A stretch of 64,000 bases of DNA from Harriotta raleighana (taxonomy: Eukaryota): contig JBNZDD010013687.1 in NCBI GenBank assembly GCA_050575255.1, positions 537,024-601,023 of the forward strand. Reading direction: 5' to 3'. Positions 53,121 through 63,279 of the stretch are shown here, piece after piece. A program made the position numbers and the translations under genes. Below the pieces are notes generated by a model. That model saw only the letters and a list, made by a program, of their open reading frames with translations. It ran no database searches and was not told the origin of the DNA. How positions within the stretch are numbered: the first letter of the stretch is position 1; every line of letters starts with the position of its first letter.

Positions 53121-53569
53121 GTTGTGGATACGTGGCACCGATTCCGGACATATGCAGTTGATGGCCAGTGTATAGTTGTTACAATGCAGGGGAAGTATTG
53201 GAAGATAGATAGCCTGAACAGATGTCTGTCCTGGGGGAGAGACGATGTCTGCGGAGAGAAGGAAGCCATCATTGAAGTCCACATGTCGGGATTAAATGAA
53301 TATTTTTGATGGTTTAGTAAGGATGCTTGAGGATTTTCCTCCCAGAAGAATCAAGTGGGTGGTGAGGAGTTCATGATAAGACAGGTGTTGGTGAGCCAGG
53401 CTGTTTAGTGATTGATGCATTTAATCTTTCCTACAGTTTGGGGAAATTCATGAGTGTACAAAGCCCTGTCATTTCCTGCTGTGCTCAGGAGGAGATGGCG
53501 ATGTGTGGAAGGTTCAAGTCCTCTGATTTTATACTATCCTCCTGTCTTTACCAAAAATAATTAGAAGTA

Positions 53570-53678
53570 TTGGTTTAGGAAATAGGATTAGAGGAGGTTG
53601 TTTAAATTGGATTAGCTTTCCCAACCCAAACACGATGAGCTGGATGGCTTTGTTCTGCACTCTATACCTTTTATGATT
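53570..53678 (+). mobile_element. Degraded CR1 3' UTR tail
   Basis: ACACGATGAGCTGGATGGCTTTGTTCTGCACTCTATACCTTTTATGATT. Confidence 0.55.
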
Positions 53679-53887
53679 ACCACAATAAAAAGTATTATAA
53701 ACTGTGTGTGTTGCCTTACTGAGTGAGATTTAGTATACGGTACACTATTGTGCATTTAAGATTACCTGCGACAATTTATTTTACAGCTGGCTCAACAAGA
53801 GTGGGAGTGGGGAAAGAATGATACTGTATTGTAGCTGCTTCTCAGCACAGGACAAATTATTCTTGCACAAATTATTCTACCCGATAA

Positions 53888-54245
53888 CAATACATTTGAT
53901 ATAGTGCCTTAATGTCAACACCTCCAAGCACTTCAGAGGGAATTGTCAAGTGCAGTATCTGTGTTTGGGGTCAAACAAGTGAATCGCTAGTTTGCACACA
54001 GCTAGGGCAACAATCAGCTATAAAGTAAATGATCCATCGAAACGATTATTCAAAATTTCCTTTTGTTTTCCAATAGGATCTTTTAATGAACACTGAGCTG
54101 CGACCTCCTTTTATTGCCTCATCTGAAGGATAGCACCTGCAACAATACTGTTGAGTGTCAGTCTCGACTGGGAACTCAAAGTGTAGTCAAACCTACAACT
54201 TTTTGACACCAAGATGAGAGTGCTACCAACTGTGCCAAGCTGACT
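53888..54245 (-). mobile_element. Ancient DeuSINE (SacSINE1-like), near full length
   Basis: The reverse complement reads AGTCAGCTTGGCACAGTTGGTAGCACTCTC..AAGTTGTAGGTT..ACTGACACTC..GGTGCTATCCTTCAGATGAGGC..TAAAAGATCC..GCTGTGTGCAAACTAGC..GGCACTATATCAAATG. Confidence 0.75.
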
Positions 54246-54979
54246 GGCAAATCATTGTATGCGGTATTTTTGTTCTGAGGAGATCTGTATATTTCTCTTC
54301 AGGCAAATGCAATTTAAGTTTTTTTTAAAAAAATAAATAAAAAGCTAACGTCTTTATCCGAGTGCTTGTCTGGCACTTCTCTCCGGGCTGGATGGCAGCT
54401 CAGGCACAATATGCCACGGTAGTGTTTGAGAGTTGGCAATGGCGCAAACCTCCCTTTCTGCTCTGGGAATCACCACAAAGTGTGCTTTGTGCCAGTGAGA
54501 AATAGAACACAGTGGTCCAAGCTCGCCACTGTACACGGAGACACCGTTGATGTCATTGCTCTTTCCTGCCAGCTTTGCGTGACATCAACTGGTGGCTCAT
54601 GCAAACAGGCTTCGCAGGCACGCGAGGAGCTGTTGGAAACCGCAGGTAACTGGACTTATTACATAATTACATATGTAAATGTATGGGGGGAAAAAAAAAC
54701 TTTGGTCCAAACTTTGCAGGTCACTTTCGCAGCTGTTTCAGAGCGCAAAATATTCTCACGCTCAGCAAGATTACACTCAGTGCACAGAGAGTTAGCTGGC
54801 AATGTTGATGCTCATTCCCTGATGGACCACTTTGTCAAGCAGTAATTTGGTGTAGAACCCAATGACAGACTTCCAATGCAAGCTAGTTGGCTTTAATGAT
54901 GACGATGATGGCTTCTAGTATAGCAAATTGTGCTATTTGTTATCATAAAAGTTAACGTGTTTAATAAAATACTGTTAGT

Positions 54980-55055
54980 ATTCGCATTTGACCCCTTTTA
55001 CATGGGAGAACGTCTCAAAGCGCTTCACATGGTTTACTGTGAAGTGCAGTGATTA
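54980..55055 (-). mobile_element. SINE 3' tail fragment
   Basis: GCATTTGA..TTTTACATGGGAGAACGTCTCAAAGCGCTTCACA..ACTGTGAAGTG. Confidence 0.65.
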
Positions 55056-56550
55056 TGCATTTCTGTAGGCATTTCTGTGTTCATTTAATTGTGGAAATAT
55101 TCATTTTGCCAGTAAGTAGCCCAGCATATGGTTTTGTTCCAAAGCAAAACAATATCAAATTCAGTCTCTGGAATTAACAACCATGTTTTGTTTATAATCG
55201 CGATTTAATAAAACCCAGGTGCTGTTTAATGTCTTCTAGAAAAGATTGCTTTCTCTCTATTCTGCAGCGCCCTGGCAGAAGCAAAGGTGCAGATTATAAA
55301 AGCAGTGAAAGAACTGGCAACATTTTAGTCGCAATGTAAAATATCTAATGTGGGAAACGGCTGACCAAATATGCTGTGCTGTCTGTCTGCAACCAAACTA
55401 AAACTGGCTTTAGACTATTGTTTCTTATTTTAGACACCAGCAATCGTTTGAGTCTATAAGTGTGGAAAAAAAACTATTCAGCAGTGGCACTCCAGCCTCT
55501 CTCTCAAAAGTGTTGTGTGCTGGAGTTTTCTTGTAAAGGAACACAGACTCCCTGCTTTCTATTTACCTGTCATTATAGCGTCAACTGATTTACTCGGAGT
55601 TTCACTTTCTATGCTGCAGAACCTCATGGTTTTGATGGCGAGGAGGAGGATAAAAGGCAAATTAACCCTAATTTGTGTGAGAAAAGGTGATGGAATGAGT
55701 GTGTGTTGAAAGACGTACATTATCTCCTCACGTTTTACCATAGTCCTTTCAGGAATTGCAGCTTTTTGTTTGCAGGGTGCAGTTTTGCCAGGTTTCCTAG
55801 GTGAAACCATCCAAACTTGTAATACTGTTTGTTTCTGCAAAACATTTTCTGTTGCTTCAATAAAGAGATTTTTTAAGCAGTTGATGAATTTGATACTTCA
55901 GCTGAGACAGTTCCCTGGTTCTCTTCCAAAAGGCTGAATACGGTTACTAACTTTTTAGAAGCATTCGAGATTATCGAAGGGCAAGGCACATTTCATTTCA
56001 CTGCGGGGAAAAATAAATGGTACAGTTGAAAAGGAGAAGTCCAACAATTGTATGAAACTAATGGACTTTAAAGGGTGTGTTAGTGTGTTAGATTATGGAG
56101 GTTTTAGGGAGAATTGCAGATTTTTGCAACACCTTTGGCTCGGAGTCGGGCTCCATCACTGTTAAGCAGTCTGAGCCGCTAACCGACGTGGAGGTCGCTA
56201 TACAAGGGCAAGTTGTTGTTTTTTTGCAGTCAATGTGCACTGCAGCGTAGTTTGTTGAGTATTGCAGTTTGATTTTGCATTAAGAGTTTTCCTTTTTACT
56301 TCATATTCAGTAAAAAAAAAATCCAATGGAAAAATTATTCGCAGCACCAGGTACTGCTTTGGAAACTGCACAGAATAACTTTCACGTTTGATTGCAGGCA
56401 ATAAAATGCACCATTCTTAAATCAGTGTCCATTGGGCTCGAAATACAGTGCAGTAGAATACATGCCGAAATCAGCCAGAAATCCTCTCCCTATCTGTTCA
56501 GGCAGATTTTTTTTAAGATCGATCATTTTAAACTGCAGCAAATACAGCTA

Positions 56551-57047
56551 CAGTAAACCCTCGCTGAACGCGATTTTCTCGATTGCGAATTCAACTGTAC
56601 GCAAAGAAAAAAATGCGGCACTTTTTCGCATAACGCTCGTCAAACCTGCGTGTATGCGCTGGCGTATGCCAGCGTGCATGCTCACTTGCGAGGTCACTGG
56701 CCCTGCGTAATGCACACTTGGGAAGTCAAGCTTGAAGATGGACCCCATAATGGAAAGGAGTCTGAAATTTAAAACGGGTCTAGATGGCCTCTTAGGACCT
56801 TACAGGGAGCTCATGAAAGACTTTCGGTGGAAGGCAAATCAACGGAAAATCAGCGGGGAGAGTGACGAGAGGGGCCAGCCGGCTGTAACCTGCCTCAGTA
56901 CGTACCTTGCATTGGCCAGGTGTGGATGTGCCCGGAGGCCTGTGGCTGGATTCTCCTAACCACACTTTTCCCATTACTTTTTACGTGATTTTACTGAGTG
57001 CGTAGTTTTCCAGGAATGTCATGCCCGCGTTCGGCGAGGGTTAACTG
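56551..57047 (+). mobile_element. Internally deleted Tigger/pogo-type DNA transposon, 497 bp
   Basis: The 22-bp TIRs are CAGTAAACCCTCGCTGAACGCG and (rc) CAGTTAACCCTCGCCGAACGCG, with TA TSDs at 56549-56550 and 57048-57049. Internal DPIMERSLKFKTGLDGLLGPYRELMKDFRWKANQRKI resembles the Tigger transposase C-terminus. Confidence 0.9.
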
Positions 57048-57163
57048 TACTTCTAACGTTTATTAGACATTAGTCCTCAGCAAATAAACTGTTGTATATT
57101 TAAAATCTTTGAGTGTACTCCAATTCTTCTATCAGTACTTCATGCTGATGTGAAGTTTACAAT

Positions 57164-57390
57164 TTGGCTTTCATCCAAACCTTGATCAAGTCAACTTTCT
57201 TCCATCTTTGGACTATATCGAATTTGAAGGAAAAAATAAAAATCTCAATGCAAAAAGCAAATTGCTTTAGCTGTCTGGAACTTCCAACATCAATCCCCAA
57301 TTTCTCTCGCCTTCCCCACTCCTCCCCTCTCCTTGCCCTTCATCGTCTCTCTGTTTCTGTGGGACTTCATTATTGTGTTTAAGATTTCAA
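57164..57390 (+). mobile_element. Possible very old L2 ORF2 remnant
   Basis: IQTLIKSTFFHLWTISNL and LLALHRLSV resemble the L2 motifs I..ITKSAFFHLRNIARL and L.SLHWLPV. Confidence 0.4.
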
Positions 57391-58055
57391 GAATCTGATC
57401 TAATTGGCTTGATTTGAAACCTTTAGTTTCAGTGTTTTTTTTATTGTAATATGCTTTTGGCTATGTTACACCAATAATTCTCAGCTTTGTGCTGAATTTT
57501 GTAATGTTTTGATGGACCTCTCCATGCAAATGTGATGCAACTCATCAAGTAACGGAGGACACAGTCGTAGTGTCTGATCCTGCTAAACGCATTGAAGCTA
57601 AGATCTGCTCAGAGCTGTACTACATGTTGGCATCGTGATCAAATGATGGGACAAAATCAATCTTTGGGGTTCCAAAAATGAGGCGCCCACCATCTGGAAA
57701 CCATCAACGATGGCCCAAGCCATGTCTCTCAGCCTCATGGGACACAATACAAATGCTTGGAACATGCTCTTACTGTTAGTTTTAGATGTATATGTCTGCT
57801 TTCTTAATGAGCAAACCAATGATTCTAATGTTTTTACCAGTGTTAAGGATTTGAGTTTCGATTCTGCCTATTTATGAGGAGAGCTGCCAATTCAGAAAAG
57901 TTCCTAAATGCTTCCTGTGGCTTGGATCGTTCTGGAATTTACATTGCTACAGAAACAAACCTTGCATTTGTGTCTTTATTGGGTAAAACTTATTAAGAAC
58001 AGGTCACATTAAAACCCATTCCACTGTTAATTTCGATCATTGACATTAATTCCAT

Positions 58056-58267
58056 GCTTTGGAACTCCATCCCACATTCCCTTCAACTTGCTCCCTCCCT
58101 TGCCTCCTTCAAGTCATGCCTGAAGACCCTTCTCTTCAATCAAGCCTTCAGCCACCCTCCTATCATCTCTGCCCTCCCCCCTCCCTGATCCCAACACCTT
58201 CCTCCCTGTTCGGGTCCCAGTGATCCTGACTGTTCTGCACCTTGGGATACCCTCCCAATATGAAAGT
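58056..58267 (+). mobile_element. L2 family B 3' end
   Basis: CTTTGGAACTCCATCCC, CCTTCAAG..CTGAAGACCCTTCTCTTC, TCGGGTCC..CCTGACTGTTC..TTGGGATACCCTCCCAATATGAAAG. Confidence 0.8.
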
Positions 58268-58570
58268 GTGTGAGTTTTGTGGGTTTATTTACATTTTAAA
58301 TAGCATCCACAACAACCACAATGTACATTCTTCTGAATCTAGTACCATGCCCATTTTCAGCAAGTGTGTCTGCCCAATTTTTAAATATGATATTTCTTGC
58401 GTCGTTTCCTCAATTGTAACTTTTGTGGTTACCAAATGTGTATATTCCGGAAAATAGAATAGTTGGATGCCATTTTCACACAAGCCTGACTTGGCACAAA
58501 ACGAGCAACAAAGCAAAATAATGATAAGAAGAAATGTCCCACATTTGATAATCAGCTGCAGATTTTCAGA

Positions 58571-58724
58571 AAAATCAATCAAAATCAATCAAAATTTTAT
58601 TTATATAGCGCCTTTCACGTCGGGAGGACGTCCCAAAGCGCTGTACAGCCAAGAAGGGGGGGAGGGCTCAGGGAAAGGAGTAGGAAAAATTGACTGTATA
58701 TTTGTGGGCGAAACAGTTGCTGCC
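58571..58724 (-). mobile_element. Chimeric element: SINE body fragment joined to an L2-B-type hairpin tail
   Basis: 58688-58724 is SINE body (AATTGACTGTATATTTGTGGGCGAAAC). 58596-58648 is an L2-B hairpin (GCGCCTTTCACGTCGGGAGGACGTCCCAAAGCGCTG). The tail is (AAAATCAATC)2. Confidence 0.7.
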
Positions 58725-59189
58725 TTTTTTCCTGTCTTGGTACTCTTACAAATACTTTAATGAAATGAATGAAAGTATGTTGTGGTCAAACGTCTGCACC
58801 AAGGTAACATTGCAGGAAGAAAATAAACAAATGTAAGGTTTTTGTGGTTGTGTATATAAATGCAGTGTACAATTATGAGACAGTGAAAAGATCATGTTTC
58901 TTTTACTGGACATATATAGATGTTAGGTGAGAAGAGGGTGAAAAATTCCCTCGTTTTAACACTGCCTAATGTTACTTACACTAATTTCTTGAGTGAGTCC
59001 TTGTAGGGTGTTTTGGAAAATGTGAAGCTTTATCATAGCAGGCATTTGTACCTTTGTGGAGAAGAAGAGAAATTAGCATGGGGGAGGGCAATAAATGGGG
59101 AATATTAATTCCATATTTCAGCAGATGCACATCAAGAATTCAAGCTTAACTTAGTTATTAGTTAATGCCTGTTCACTGTTTCTCTGCAG

Positions 59190-59210
59190 GGCTATGGCGA
59201 CCATGGGCTG
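59190..59210 (+). other. Candidate 21-nt microexon (GYGDHGL if phase 0)
   Basis: Acceptor CTGTTTCTCTGCAG, donor CTG|GTATGA, length a multiple of 3, and no stop in any frame. The host gene is not identified. Confidence 0.3.
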
Positions 59211-60622
59211 GTATGACAAGGGGACTCGTGTGGATCAACTAAGCCTGGGATGGCAGAGGTTTAGGCTGGCACAGGGATCAAGTTCATGCTACTGTTCATG
59301 CTTGTATGTAAACCTAGTATGTTTCTGTCAATTCAGACCTGACCATTGAACAGTGAACTACACAATCTGATCAAAGTCCAAAGCAAGGTCAATCATTTCC
59401 TTCTATTCCTCATTTCTTTGTAGTGAAGAAAGCTGAAAATGTGACACAAGGATACATCAGCCCCCTAACTGACAGTATTTATACTGGATATAATCTGTTG
59501 ATTTATCCATATGCTCTATAGGTACCTATAAAGAATCTAATGCTCAATATATAGGAGCAAATGACAATGTAATTCAAGTCCATCCTAAAGCACTTAATTT
59601 CACAATTGTGTGTAATGCTTAAGTAACCACTGCACACTGTGCATATTTCAAATATGTATAGTTAAAATATAACTTGAATCTATCCCTTGACTTTTTTGAA
59701 GCAACAGTTTCATCAAAATAGAGAAGACCAGGTCTGCTAGGCAACTTTAAGGTATGTGAGCTAAAAAGTAGCCAATAATTTTTCTTCTATCTCAAGACAG
59801 TTTGCATAAAGGAAGATGGGTAGAATAGCCAAATGGCATCGAGGGCCACAGTTTATTTTCCATTGCTCCAGAAGTGGGGTAGATAGCTCATAAAATCATA
59901 CCACAAGCAATGCAATATGTTATTGACTGCTGAAGGAAGGGTAATTTGTAACTAGCAATTATAGACCATTGGCCACTAATCTAAATGTGTGAACGGATCG
60001 CTTGTAAATCACTATATCCTGAAGTGACTCTGGTCTGACCTTTTGTTTCTTATTTGAATGCTCTGCAGTGCAATTTCCTGTAATCCAAGTCACTACAAAG
60101 GTGAGAAGAATCTCTGTTTTCAGATCAAGTTACTAGAATCTTGAATGCTTTCATTCGTATTTAAAAATGAATTGCACAAGAATTCATGAGAAATTCTCCT
60201 GGGGCATATCTGAATCTTAGGACATCCTGTGCTGATTTCTTTTCAATGCATTTTCAATCTAAAATTTGCGGACTTTTTCAAGTCTTAATGGTCTCTGCAG
60301 ATGTGAACTATCTTTCTTGTTGAACAATTTCAATCTTCTTCCTTTCTACTAAAAGTGCTTTGAGACACTACCCTGCATGAAGGGCACAATAGGGTAAAGA
60401 GAAGGATACATCAATGCCCTTTATAGGATGTACTGTGAAGTGTAGCTTTTTTTTTGTGGCCCAACCCAGCAACCAATTTGCACATAGCAATATTCTACAA
60501 ACTGCTATCAAGTGAAACATTGAGATACAAAGAACACAATAGTTTATAAGTAAAATGCTTAGTGATGAATTATTGAGGAAGCTGGATGATGGGATGGTTA
60601 CCATCTTAGAAAGCAGAGATTT

Positions 60623-61285
60623 GTGGTGAGTGGCTGTTTTTCAGACTGGAGGGAAGTGTGCAGTAGCGTCCCCCAGGGATCGGTTTTGGGACCACTGCTC
60701 TTTTTAATATACATTAATGATCTGGACTTGAGTGTAGGGAGCACAGTTTCCAAGTTTGCAGATGATACTAAGTTAGGGAGAATAGTAAATAGTGAGAAGG
60801 ATAGTAACCGCCTGCAAGAAGATATAGATAAAATGGTAAAGTGGGCAGACACATGGCAGATGAAGTTTAATGCAGAGAAGTGTGAGGTGATACATTTTGG
60901 GAAAAGAAATGAGGGGAGGCAATATAGGCTAGATAGTACAATTTTAAATGGTGTGAAGGAACAGAGAGACCTGGGGATTTGTGTTAGTGACTCTTTGAAG
61001 GTGGCAGGACAGGTAGACAAAGCCGTTAAGAAGGCATATGGGATACTAGGCTTTATACATAGGGGTATAGAGTACAAAAGTCAGGAAGTGCTGACTAACC
61101 TCTATAGAACCTCTATAAGGCCTCAGCTGGAGTACTGTGTCCAATTCTGGTCACCACACTATAGAAAGGATGTTAAGGCTTTGGAAAAGGTGCAAAGAAG
61201 GTTTATTAGAATTATATCAGGATTGAGGAACTTCAGTTATAGAGAACGGCTAGATGGCTTATTCTCCTTGGAACAGAGAAGGTGA
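60623..61285 (+). pseudogene. CR1 ORF2 reverse transcriptase C-terminal fragment (220 aa open, no N-terminus)
   Basis: PQGSVLGP, FADD, WQMKFNAEKCEVIHFG and RPQLEYCVQFWSP motifs. A frameshift follows EQRR, after which RGDLIEVYKIMRG continues in another frame. Confidence 0.93.
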
Positions 61286-61520
61286 GAGGAGACTTAATAG
61301 AGGTTTATAAAATCATGAGGGGATTCGACAGGGTAAATAAGGAAAACTGTTTCCACTGGTGGGCGAAACTGTGACTCATGGTCACAGATTACAATAGTTT
61401 CAAAACGAAGCAGAGGGGAGCTGAGGAGAAATGTTTTCACTTAGCGGGTTGTTCGAATCTGGAATGCATTGCATGGAAAGGTGGTGGAGGCCGATTCGAT
61501 AACAGCTTTTAAAAGCTTTT

Positions 61521-61828
61521 GGAGCTCCTGTGGATTAGTGGTTAGAGCACTCACCTTACAAGCAGAGACCTGTGTTCGAATCCAGGCAGATCAGGGCGAA
61601 ACCTTGGGCAAATTTCCTTACTCCACACGCCTAATAATAATCCCTCCAAAAATCCACAATAATAAAATTGGTCATTTCAATCCACAACTGTTTGTGGGAC
61701 ACTGCTGTGTGCAATTAGCTGCCGCATTCCAGCCACAAATATACAATTAATTCACTTTACAGTCTATTCTGTGAAGCACTTTGGGATGTCGATAAGATGT
61801 GAAAAGCACTATATCAAATGCAAGGATT
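61521..61828 (+). mobile_element. Full-length tRNA-derived SINE nested in the CR1
   Basis: A/B boxes (GATTAGTGGTTAGAGCAC, GTTCGAATCC), complete body and tail, and flanking TTAAAAG duplication (61509-61515 and 61827-61833). Confidence 0.93.
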
Positions 61829-63279
61829 AAAAGAGAATTAGATCTTTATTTAGGGAGAACAGGTCTGTTAGGTTATGGGGAGAAAGCTGGGCAGTGGGAT
61901 TGAGTTGCTCTTTTTAAGAGCCAGCACAGACTGGATGGGCCGAATGGCCTCCTTTTGTGCTGTAAAATTCTATGATTCTATGATTATTAGGATTCAAAGC
62001 AATCCAAGTACCATATAATGGAATGATAGATTTTTGACTTTGTAGGTCCCATGGACCTTTAATTGAAATAAGTTTGGACAATCACAATCCAGTTCTGAAT
62101 GAGAGTGAGGGCAGTACACTACTACAACATTTTAACTACATTTGGAGTTTGAATCAAGAAGCTGGAAAAGAAATTAAGTTTCCACGATGCCCTTTTCTAA
62201 GAGTGGTATTGAGAACTATCGATGGGAAAGAGCTTGACTCTGTTTATTCATATTTTAGCTTGAAATTCTTTGATCATGACGTTAGAAGCCCTTAATGGAA
62301 ACTGTGCTCTATTCCCAACATTGGCTTTTATTGAATTTCCTGTCTGAATAGTTGGGTAAAAGTATGTAGATAATTTTATTAATTTCCCTCAAAAATGTTT
62401 ATTATTTTGACAACCTAGGACATCTGTAGGAACATTAAAAATGGAAGCTTGCATAGTTCTTCTTCGTGAGTGTGACTGGGAAGGATGCTTGAGGCTGGGG
62501 CACCAAGATGATTCAAGGAACAGATGCTATACTGAGACAACTGCAGGGTTGGCATTCTGAAAGGATGTGAACAACTGCACCAAATTGTCTTTTTCATCTG
62601 TGTTTCTCTTGTGGCTTGCCAAAGTACTTAGTAAATCTTGCAGTTTTAGGAGCTACTAATGGAAAACATTTGTGATTTGAAGGAATGATTCAAAAATGAT
62701 TTTTTTCTAACTCACCTTTTTTGTATTGCCTTTGCATTTGTCACTTTGGGTTGTGTGTGAATTGACCCATAACTCTAGTGAACCAAAGTTCCATAACAAA
62801 ACCCACAGGTGTTTCTTTTCTATGCTGATCTGTGTAATCTTTTGAAGTTTACACCATGTTTTTTTCCATTCATTGTGCCAACATTATAAAATTCTGTGAT
62901 CGAATCCATCCAAATGTTTTATTCACTGCACACTTAACTCAATGAATGCCTAAAATATAAAATATCTTTGGCATTTATGATCAATGATCTTGGCCCTTAC
63001 TTTTTGGATTGCTTGTTTGTACTAAATGTCTTAGCAGTGAGTGTAAAACACAATGTTGTAGATTTCCAGTTTCCGGTAAAGAACAAAAATTCCTATCTCC
63101 ATGCCTTATGCTTTGGCTTTGTATTGGGTGGGTCTCCTAATTTAGCTTCAATTCCTAACTTTATCCCCCAATTGAAAATAAATAGATAAGTGTACCTAAT
63201 GCACAGATTGCAATGTACATTAAACAGTGTGTTGAATGGTATTTGTGAAATGCATATAACTTTTACAAGTTCATTCCAG

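Larger units (their letters stand above)
60608..61985 (+). mobile_element. Young 5'-truncated CR1 LINE, interrupted by a SINE
   Basis: RT motifs VPQGSVLGPLLFLIYINDL and KFADDTKLG. The 3' end is GATGGGCCGAATGGCCTCC..ATTCTATGATTCTATGATT (8-bp CR1 terminal repeat). Confidence 0.96.

Noticed and set aside
60598-61077. 159-aa minus-strand ORF
   Set aside because: It is an antisense shadow of the CR1 RT frame.
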